Source: a virus (taxonomy: Duplodnaviria > Caudoviricetes). From it: a stretch of 64,000 bases of DNA. The notes beneath the pieces are model-generated. The model searched no databases and had not been told where the DNA came from. It saw only the letters and a list, made by a program, of their open reading frames with translations. Of this stretch, positions 57,401-64,000 are shown one piece after another. The position numbers and the translations under genes are program-made. The DNA lies in the IMG/VR virus record IMGVR_UViG_3300050498_000117, positions 1,135 to 65,134 of that record; one strand, given 5' to 3'. How positions within the stretch are numbered: position 1 is the first letter of the stretch; each line of letters opens with the position of its first letter.

Positions 57401-59198
57401 GTCCAATCAGGTCCAACGCTTTACTGACGTACAGCGCGAACCGGTCGTACTCGTGCCGTTCCCCATGCACCATCAACGCCTGCGTGTAGGTGCGCAGCAT
57501 GTCTGTAACGGTGTCGACGTTCATACCTAGCCGCTGCGCCAGCGCTGCCACCGGCACCCAGGCGTCCGCGAGGATCCGCTGCGCGTCCCCTTCCGACACC
57601 TCCATCCGGGTGTGCAGCTCTCCCGCCGGTACGCCGGGGAGCCGGCCCCGAACCTTCGCGGTGAGGAGCCTCTTGCCGCCCAACTCCAGCGCCCGCTTCA
57701 CGATCAGGTCAGCGCCAATCAGCAGCGCTGCCTCCTGCGCAGGTGTCTCTGTGGACTTGGGTGCGGACGGCAGAGCCCGTGGCTTCGGCGCCCCCGTGTT
57801 GAGCGGCGGAGGCGGAGGCGGGCTGATACCCGCCGCCTGCTCCTCGATGGTCCACTTGACCCCGATCGCGCTCTGAATGTCCTTGTTGGTGATCAGAGTC
57901 GGTTGGGTGAGGACGAGTTGGATAGCGAACTTCCGGATCTGCTCCTCAGGGGCGGGGGCGTCGTCTTCGCTCCAGTTGCCAGCCTTCCGTACTGCCGCAT
58001 CGGACAGGAGGCCCTTTTCTGCGAGGGCCAGGGCGTCAGCTTGCCGATCGGGGCGGATCGCGAGCGCGGACGTGTCATACCAGAAGGTGTAGGCGTCGGG
58101 GTCCTGCCCGAGGATGGTCAAGGCGGGACGTAGGTAGGCGGTGGTGAGCGCGTCAGCGATCCGCCCCAGCAGCGGTTCGATCTGAAGCTTGATGGTGGAT
58201 TCTTCGATCTGCCAGGCGCTCCAGTGGTTGGAGTCACCTTGCCCGAGGAGGACTTCCGGGGGCAGGTCCAGCCCCACCGCTACTTGCCGTAGGGCCTCCT
58301 TCCGCAGCTCGAGGGTTTCCGCCTGGAACGGGGTCTCGAACGTCAGCCACTTGATCTTGTCGATGTACTCGCCGGCTACCTGCACGATGATCGGCACCAG
58401 CGCGGCAGGGTCGGACTGGTCGATCAACGCCCGCGCCATCGCGGCCTCGATCAGCTTCATCAGCCCAGCGGAGCCCGACGACTCCGCGTCCGAGCCGGGG
58501 AACTCCAGCTCGTCGGGAAGGAACATCAGCCCCGCGCCGGCCAGCCGGGAGTCGATCTGCGCGAAGACCTTCTTCCGCAACTGCTCCAGCTCGCGCAGGT
58601 CCGGGAGGGTTGAACGCATGGAGCTGTCGGCGGCGTCGTAGCGGCGCGGGTGCGGGGTCCACACCCGGATCAGTAGGTCTTTGCCGGGCACCAGCGCGTG
58701 CCGGCCTCCGCCGTAGACGTGGCTACGGTCGACAATCACCTGCCCGCCTTGACGACGGATCTCCGACGTAGAAACGATGTACCAGATGTCCGTGTCGGCG
58801 TTTTCGACTGCCTCGGCGACGATGTACGACTCGCCAACCACATAGAGCTGCGTGCCCAGGATCTTCTGCGCTTCCGCCTTGTTGGCGGGGCCGCCGAACA
58901 TCGTCTCCGCGATGACCGCAAGCTCCGGGTCGGTGACCTCGTCGCCGGGCTTCTTGGACTGGTCCAGCTCCGCGATGAACAGCCGGCAGCGGCTGATCGC
59001 GTTGCCCATCCACGTCGCTGCGTAGTGCGCTGAACCAATCTGATCGAACTGCCGCCACGCTTCCTCTTGCCAGCGCTGGTCGCCTAGCTTCCAGTTCTTC
59101 CACGACGTTCCGTCGAGCGCGATAGCGGAGGCTGCTGCTACTACAGCCCGGGGGCGGGGCACCACCAGCGCGGTGCTCTTGCGCCGGCCCAACGCCAT
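54408..59198 (-). CDS. Portal protein fused to acidic, Nudix and ADP-ribosyltransferase-like domains
   Basis: Cluster-B-like portal (IRVWTPHP, IDSRLAGAG) in the N-terminal ~600 aa; perfect Nudix box near 55491-55559; C-terminal FRG...GLGMFGNGYYFA...E. Confidence 0.85.
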   Translation of the reverse strand: MALGRRKSTALVVPRPRAVVAAASAIALDGTSWKNWKLGDQRWQEEAWRQFDQIGSAHYAATWMGNAISRCRLFIAELDQSKKPGDEVTDPELAVIAETMFGGPANKAEAQKILGTQLYVVGESYIVAEAVENADTDIWYIVSTSEIRRQGGQVIVDRSHVYGGGRHALVPGKDLLIRVWTPHPRRYDAADSSMRSTLPDLRELEQLRKKVFAQIDSRLAGAGLMFLPDELEFPGSDAESSGSAGLMKLIEAAMARALIDQSDPAALVPIIVQVAGEYIDKIKWLTFETPFQAETLELRKEALRQVAVGLDLPPEVLLGQGDSNHWSAWQIEESTIKLQIEPLLGRIADALTTAYLRPALTILGQDPDAYTFWYDTSALAIRPDRQADALALAEKGLLSDAAVRKAGNWSEDDAPAPEEQIRKFAIQLVLTQPTLITNKDIQSAIGVKWTIEEQAAGISPPPPPPLNTGAPKPRALPSAPKSTETPAQEAALLIGADLIVKRALELGGKRLLTAKVRGRLPGVPAGELHTRMEVSEGDAQRILADAWVPVAALAQRLGMNVDTVTDMLRTYTQALMVHGERHEYDRFALYVSKALDLIGHGDCGRTCHNPLHPGVCRGRRSVSMRVRSTGHGVFHLPGKHRQDDHGQHGKAARLADVLDDVSFDTLGGDDRTMYVAIREDGTMDIGVGNEGGATVHFSYRDVEKIDDAAFALWRKRDETADVGLIDDTIVQTEGGPIYLAISQKQVYTADPDDPDDEDGIGPAITVGIPTAKHTNDDPDFLELDLDEEGLDNMIDNLTALRDNNPPQEFETVGAGNVDLSLMTDHTIQILEGGVVSDPPTLTLGEAEDLAEAVEKLMKVELPDEDVDPDDADVLDGEDITDDLGVSLLTDGSFVVATPLGYPISLDREDGEQLADSLRTLLSKAEELPGSAVIPARSGKSTFALHRNRAGGAPFRSNDGLPATTRVTPTFLEAFHLPGRHNQADHGRKKKAVPAIPTPPPVPAPVAKKAAPRKAARVPPAATASPWAPVPPSTKPDPALDAARDVIYGRDPKAGTAARQLTVYAKLRRTQYAGLSPAEQSTLLGDLAYIATTSRSSASTTRAQKLIDRFTPPGTPAGQVSSQAVYPPAGAGAGQTLVADPNGTAGLLTVMPASKRGRSGDGWFRTPGGGTGPWGQYGASGILLRHVDPADGTERFLMVQRGPGISDPGKWQFPGGAQDENENPYTGGAREVVEELGFKTRDLQKARVHGTHETSIPGGWSYTSIAATVDTQLTPDLSSHHARLETADAKWMTRAEIDALDSGGKLLRPLAGGQLQGNVMTLFPTSAVTTAPGRPNTWGGPTTRPPRLVPGQTTVTPAAPAKPKKPHKVSRATDLMPDKAAKDKLRQDIKHARVNFDGKTADGRLAAIGAMQGFDETPTVVDRAEFDRLLATGDYIEVFRGVRGATGVHGYRAGRGGAVSQTKSAADIHEEFRTGAAYYGLGMFGNGYYFATDERVAKNYSDGTVGSVVRALIPKDAKIAKIATIEREAHAASAPRSKAKGVYEEGTLYDEGRYAAARGHDAIRIRYGYPGSNAAVPRQGHEAFNVLNRSVMIVQEA

Positions 59199-59201
59199 GG
59201 G

Positions 59202-59510
59202 TCACCTTCCCGAACTGGAGAGCATGCCGGTTATCTGGCTGAACGCCAGCAGAGCTGCCGGCACTAGGAACCACGGGGACGCTCCGCCCCACCACCATGC
59301 GGCGGCGAACGGGGCCGCTACCCAGATACTCATGCACCACTGGCACATCAGGAGGTACGCGCGCCAGTCGGTGCAGTCGTCCTCGGGTGCGTCCCTACAC
59401 CAACGTCTGATCAGCCGGGCCCTGAGCTGTTCAGTGATGCGGTCCGCTGTGATGAGGCCCGTTACCCGTGCACACGCAAGCGCGTACACGCCGAACGTAA
59501 ACCACATCAT
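59202..59510 (-). CDS. DUF1360-like membrane protein
   Basis: ARVTGLITADRITEQLR...LLMCQWCMSIW. Confidence 0.75.
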   Translation of the reverse strand: MMWFTFGVYALACARVTGLITADRITEQLRARLIRRWCRDAPEDDCTDWRAYLLMCQWCMSIWVAAPFAAAWWWGGASPWFLVPAALLAFSQITGMLSSSGR

Positions 59511-59548
59511 GTGGGGAAGGGTAGCGATCTACCTGGCAAGTTGTAACG

Positions 59549-60991
59549 TCACCCGGCCGAAACGCCAGCAACGGGCATCCTGCCCCGGGCCTCCCCTCCG
59601 CCACCCGGAAGCGCGATGTTGGCCCGGCCGCGCTCGCGGGAACGGAGGTACGCCTGCGCATGGACCAGGGCGTCTACCCGGTCGGGGGAGTCGACGTCCT
59701 CATCCGGCACCCAGGTGCACATTTGGTCTTCCAGCTCGAGAAACATGCCGACGTGATGCACCCGGCCTTGCTCGTAACGCATCGAGCAGGGCTCCGCGCG
59801 GAGGCGCTTGCCGTGCAGCGCGTGAACGTCTTTCATCGGCGGGGCGCCGCCGGGGGGGAACAGACCTTCGCGCTGCATCTCCTTATAGGCGTCGCCCATG
59901 ACCTGCGTCAGCCACTGCTTACCGAAATTGTCCTCATAGATGAGGACAGACGCGTCCAGCTCCAGGAACAGCTCCCAAGCCCTTCGGGCGCCGGGCCGCC
60001 CCGCGATCTGCTTCGACAGGTCCGCCAGCACGTAATCCTCGTTGTCGACACCCCTGCCTACCCCCACGATCCCCATCTCGTCTGCGGTGCCGGTGCCGGC
60101 CGGGTCGACCCCTACCGCGATCATCTTCATGGCCGGCTGCATGCCCGGCGTTACCCGGTACTTCTCGATCAACGCGTGGTTCCACAGCGCACCTTCGACG
60201 TCCTCGAGAAGCTCCCCGTGTAGCTCCTGCCGGCCGACCGTGGTGCCTTCGTACTCCCGCCGGAACTCGGCGATGGTGTCGGGGGACAGGTTGACGAAGT
60301 TCTCGTAGGTGGAGCCGGTGGTGACACGCACGGCGGGGTCGCCGGACTTGAACCGCCGGTACCAGTCCTTGATCAGCTTGATGGGTTTGGGGGTGGTGGT
60401 GACTACGCAACGGGGACGCCCGCCGGGAATGTCGGCGCGGAGTGAGGGCATGATGCCCTCCAGCCACACCTTGTGCGTGTACCGCCACTTGCCCAGCTCG
60501 TCGAGCCACGCTCCGGCCGCGTTGTAGCCCCGGCCGGTGTTCTCGTCGTCGACACCCTCGAAGTAGATGATCTGGCCCTCGTCCTGGAGGGTGATCATCG
60601 GCTTGGGTGCCTTGGTGTAGTGGTGGCGGACACCCCGGCGTTTCAGTACCGCGATGATCCCGGAGGGGCCTTCGATGCAGAAGGTGCGGGTGTCTGTGAG
60701 GGTCTGCCCAACCACCAGCCACTGGGTGGCGTTGCCTGCACGATCGCGGGGGAACTTCAACGCCTGATCGACTATCCACTCAGCTCCGGTGCGGGTCTTG
60801 CCCCAGCCCCGGCCAGTGAGCATCAGCCAGATGAACCAGTCGCCGGGTGGCTCGTGCTGCTCCGGCCGCGCTACCCACCACCACTCGCCCTTCTCGATGT
60901 CGGCGAGGACCCACTCCTCCTGCTCCGCGAGCCAGTCCTCGGCGATCACCGCAGGCAGGGATGCGAGCCGTTCCTTGGGGGACAGGGACAC
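59549..60991 (-). CDS. terL: Terminase large subunit
   Basis: Walker A GRGWGKT, AWLDE, TTTP, VGVDPA, PDRVDA. Confidence 0.95.
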   Translation of the reverse strand: MSLSPKERLASLPAVIAEDWLAEQEEWVLADIEKGEWWWVARPEQHEPPGDWFIWLMLTGRGWGKTRTGAEWIVDQALKFPRDRAGNATQWLVVGQTLTDTRTFCIEGPSGIIAVLKRRGVRHHYTKAPKPMITLQDEGQIIYFEGVDDENTGRGYNAAGAWLDELGKWRYTHKVWLEGIMPSLRADIPGGRPRCVVTTTPKPIKLIKDWYRRFKSGDPAVRVTTGSTYENFVNLSPDTIAEFRREYEGTTVGRQELHGELLEDVEGALWNHALIEKYRVTPGMQPAMKMIAVGVDPAGTGTADEMGIVGVGRGVDNEDYVLADLSKQIAGRPGARRAWELFLELDASVLIYEDNFGKQWLTQVMGDAYKEMQREGLFPPGGAPPMKDVHALHGKRLRAEPCSMRYEQGRVHHVGMFLELEDQMCTWVPDEDVDSPDRVDALVHAQAYLRSRERGRANIALPGGGGEARGRMPVAGVSAG

Positions 60992-61087
60992 GCGTACCTC
61001 CGGTGTTGATCTGGCCGCCAGGGTAGCCGAGCCGCCCGGAGCAGGATGTATGATCAGGCAACACAACGACCCCCGGGAGGAAGACGC

Positions 61088-61543
61088 ATGATCAAGATCA
61101 CGGTCCCGATCGCGCAGGGCCTGCTCGCTCGAGCTGTCCTCACGCAGGGCCCCGACTTCATCTACAACCCGCCGGTCAATGCCGGAGAGCGGACAAAGAA
61201 CTGCCGTAACTCACCGAACCCGGACGCCCCTGAGGATCACCCGATGCGGATCACCGGCTGCCTCGTCGGCACGGCGCTGACCCTGCACGGGCTCACCGCA
61301 CACACCAACGAGTACAACAACAACGGGAACGTTCTCGACTTCCAGTCGAGACACCCCGAGGCGCTGACCGAACAGGCTGCCTACTACTTCTTCGCCGCGC
61401 AGGCGACGCAAGACGGTGGGGAGAGCTGGGGCGCCGCCTACGCGGGGGCGGAGGAGCAGGCAGCTTCGCTGGCCACCGCCGAGCGGATGATTGCCGAACA
61501 GCTCGCCGCCGGACAGGAGACCAAGGAGGACACGGAGAAGTGA
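61088..61543 (+). CDS. Hypothetical protein, paralog A
   Basis: GPDFIYN, RITGCLVGTALTLHG, AAQATQDGGESWG. Confidence 0.75.
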   Translation: MIKITVPIAQGLLARAVLTQGPDFIYNPPVNAGERTKNCRNSPNPDAPEDHPMRITGCLVGTALTLHGLTAHTNEYNNNGNVLDFQSRHPEALTEQAAYYFFAAQATQDGGESWGAAYAGAEEQAASLATAERMIAEQLAAGQETKEDTEK

Positions 61544-61622
61544 GGGAAGGTAACCGGTCCTACTCGAAACGCCTGGCCCGCCGCCGGGAACGGCGGGAGG
61601 GGAAGAAGGAGGCGCGTACCGG

Positions 61623-61826
61623 GTGAGGTCCAGACTGCTCACCCCCTACGAGGTAGGGGCCGTGTTCGGTGTTGGTGAAGCGACTGTGAACCGATGGGCG
61701 GTGCGCCGGCTGTTGCCGTACGTGGAGACGGCTAACGGCCGGCGCTTCGCCGAGGAGGACGTGCTCGCGCTGCTGCACGTGCGCGCGGAACTAGGCGAAG
61801 GTGGCGGCCGGGAGGTGGCGTGGTGA
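61623..61826 (+). CDS. BldC/MerR-like HTH protein
   Basis: LLTPYEVGAVFGV...TVNRWA...RRFAEEDVLALL. Confidence 0.75.
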   Translation: MRSRLLTPYEVGAVFGVGEATVNRWAVRRLLPYVETANGRRFAEEDVLALLHVRAELGEGGGREVAW

Positions 61827-62629
61827 GTGAAGTTCCGTTCTACATCAACCCGAGTGAGCTGACCGCCCAGCAGGTATTTCGAGTGGATCAGAACGTGGCG
61901 CAAGCCTCAGAGATCCTCGACCAGGTCGTCGCCGGGGCCGTCGAGCATCTACGGGAACATCGTCTACCGGGGCACAGCCCTATCTGCCTAGGTGAGGCGA
62001 CGGTGGTGTTGATTGGTGAGGGGTTGAGCCCCGGCGCGCTCCAGCGGCTGCTTACCTTGGCTGTGCATCGACTAGCGGAACGGAAGCTCAGGGGGGAGCG
62101 GCAGGGTGGAGATAGGTAACGTGCGATCCACGGGGCAGCGGTACGAGGCGGGAGGGCGCTGGCGGGGCCAGATGCCTCCGTTCGACGGTAGACATCTGTG
62201 GATCGTTTTGGCGGTGTACCGGGTTACTGACCCCGCCCGCGTGCGGCAGCTCATGGGACCGGGCAACCTGCTGACTGTTGAAGGGGTGGGGTGTTTCTGG
62301 TGCGGAAAGGAGTGGACCGCAACCGTGGGCGCCCACTGCGCAGGCGGGTCCGGCGTGACAGAAGGGTCACAGTCTGCCGACTAGACGGGAAGACCACATT
62401 CCGGACATGGGATCAGGCGGTAGGCGCGGCGCACAGACTCGCCGCGTCTACTCGTATCCCGGCCACTAATCCGTACTGGTGTGTGGCCGCAGGGGGCTAT
62501 CACCTGACGCGTAGCAGCCGGGCGGAGTACGACGCCCGGCGTGCGGCATGGGTAGAAGACGAGGAGAGCGATGAACAGGATTCCACTGCTGTTCCTCAGG
62601 GACCCGCAGTCGATGCGGGTGAGGGATGA
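61820..62629 (+). other. Three small hypothetical CDSs
   Basis: ORF track 61820-62119, 62106-62384, part of 62291-62629. Confidence 0.55.
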
Positions 62630-62678
62630 GGTGCGGCCGACGCGTACGAGATCGACGAGAGAAAAGGGAGAAGAGACC

Positions 62679-63197
62679 ATGACCGACACCATCACCGAGT
62701 GGACGTCTCCCCGGCCGACGATCAACCTGGAGTTGGCCCGGGAACTGCTGGCCTCGGCCGAGGCCACGCAGGGCCCCGAATTCCGGTACAACGCGACGGG
62801 GAAGAAGACGGCCTGCTTCAATGCGCCCCTGGCTGATGACGCCCTGACGGCCGCCTACTTCTCGGACTTTGGCATGCCCGCCAAGGACGACCCGAGACGC
62901 ATCACCGGCTGTCTCATCGGAACGGCGTTGACGCTGCACGGGGAAACCCGCCACGCCGTGTGGCCGTGGCTGAATTCGCCCATCACCAGCTTCGCCATCG
63001 CCCACCGGGACGAACAGGTGATGACGCCGGCCGCGTCCCGGTACTTCGCCGCAGCGCAGAACGTCCAGGATCGCGGCGGGACGTGGGGTGAGGCCCGCGC
63101 AGCGGCGGAGGCCCTGGTGAAGGTGCTGACCGCTGCTGAGCTGGCCGGTGTACCGCAATGGTTCGACGAACAGGCCACGACGGAGGGCCCGGCGTGA
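62679..63197 (+). CDS. Hypothetical protein, paralog B
   Basis: GPEFRYN, RITGCLIGTALTLHG, AAQNVQDRGGTWG. Confidence 0.75.
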   Translation: MTDTITEWTSPRPTINLELARELLASAEATQGPEFRYNATGKKTACFNAPLADDALTAAYFSDFGMPAKDDPRRITGCLIGTALTLHGETRHAVWPWLNSPITSFAIAHRDEQVMTPAASRYFAAAQNVQDRGGTWGEARAAAEALVKVLTAAELAGVPQWFDEQATTEGPA

Positions 63198-63327
63198 ACC
63201 CGGACGGGGACCGGCCAACGGACCATGACTGTGACACCGTCGGCTGGCCGTACGTGGCGTGGCGGCTGATCGGCGCCGTGGTGTTCCTGGCCATCGTCGC
63301 TATGTGCCTGGGCTGGAGGCCGTGGCA

Positions 63328-63750
63328 GTGAGACTGTCCAGGCCCTGCTACGACAAGATGCACCGCTGCCCCGGGTGGGCCGGTGGCGGTAACCGGCACG
63401 CCCGGGTGCAGCGGTGCGACAACGGCCGGTTGCGCGGCTCGATCGACGGCAGCCTGTACGAACGCCGGTTGTGGCGGTGGCGGTTCAACCGCTGCACCGT
63501 GTGCGACGTGCTGGTCCTGCCGTGCGCGGTGCGGTACGTGGACCCGTCGAACTGGTGGTTGGAGATCCGGCTGTGGCTGATGCGCCACGACGGCACCAAC
63601 AAAGGGTTCTATGTCGAACGGGCCGAGGACATGGACTACGGCGGGTTTGCGGTGGCGTTCAACGCCGGTCGGGTCGGGGCCCGGGAACGGCAGGTGGAAC
63701 TGGGCGTCCAGTGGGGCCGCCGCGTGTGGGCCATCGGATACGCGTGGTGA
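63328..63750 (+). CDS. Hypothetical Cys/Trp-rich protein
   Basis: GTGA-coupled; CYDKMHRCPGWAGGG. Confidence 0.55.
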   Translation: MRLSRPCYDKMHRCPGWAGGGNRHARVQRCDNGRLRGSIDGSLYERRLWRWRFNRCTVCDVLVLPCAVRYVDPSNWWLEIRLWLMRHDGTNKGFYVERAEDMDYGGFAVAFNAGRVGARERQVELGVQWGRRVWAIGYAW

Positions 63751-64000
63751 GGCTTCTCGATGCGTATCAGGTGGGAGCGGTGTTCGGTGTCAACGAGGCC
63801 ACGGTGCGTCGTTGGGTCGCCGCGCGGCTCCTGCCGTTCATCCGCACAGCAGACGGCTACCGCTTCCGTGAGGAGGACGAGGAGTCGGCGTGGATCCGGC
63901 CGGGCTGGTTCGTCGCGGTCTGTGGGTACGGGCGGTGTCGTGAGGCGGCCGGGTTCCGTAGCCGCGAGAAACGCGACCGGTGGGCTTTCGATCATGGGTT
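63744..64000 (+). CDS. Second BldC/MerR-like HTH protein (truncated by window end)
   Basis: Manual translation VVRLLDAYQVGAVFGVNEATVRRWVAARLLPFIRTADGYRFREE. Confidence 0.7.
   Translation, partial: MVRLLDAYQVGAVFGVNEATVRRWVAARLLPFIRTADGYRFREEDEESAWIRPGWFVAVCGYGRCREAAGFRSREKRDRWAFDHG

Noticed and set aside
1-64000. CRISPR array or mini-array
   Set aside because: No regularly spaced direct repeats with unique spacers were seen.
1-64000. Diversity-generating retroelement or retron
   Set aside because: No reverse transcriptase motif and no TR/VR pair detected; similarity among tail genes is only at the protein level.

Overview
GC-rich actinobacteriophage (siphovirus) DNA, probably most of a circularly permuted genome, since both ends fall in + strand small-gene blocks. 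The virion module (minus strand, 28.4-61 kb) resembles mycobacteriophage cluster-B-type head/tail genes. It contains TerL, a 1596-aa portal fused to acidic, Nudix and ADP-ribosyltransferase-like domains, MuF, prohead protease, major capsid, tail genes, a short tape measure, an M15-like endolysin and a holin. Replication and recombination are lambdoid-like (HTH initiator, DnaB, RecT, HNH); no DNA polymerase or integrase is visible. Accessory regions carry a ParB + glycosyltransferase + TET/JBP dioxygenase DNA-hypermodification cluster next to a TerS-like gene, with no visible methyltransferase. They also carry an RNA/translation kit (tRNA-Met-CAT, a YrlA-like circularly permuted tRNA mimic, a GGQ release-factor protein, a DEDDh RNase, a phosphoesterase), an array of nine coupled membrane microproteins and a TGTATG-N7-CATACA operator at many promoters. 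The most unusual signal is a dispersed set of tRNA-shaped RNAs that keep acceptor, D and T arms but have remodelled anticodon arms; one carries perfect alanine identity. A Micromonosporaceae-like host is inferred only from recalled protein resemblances. All family assignments are by motif recognition; no database search was run.
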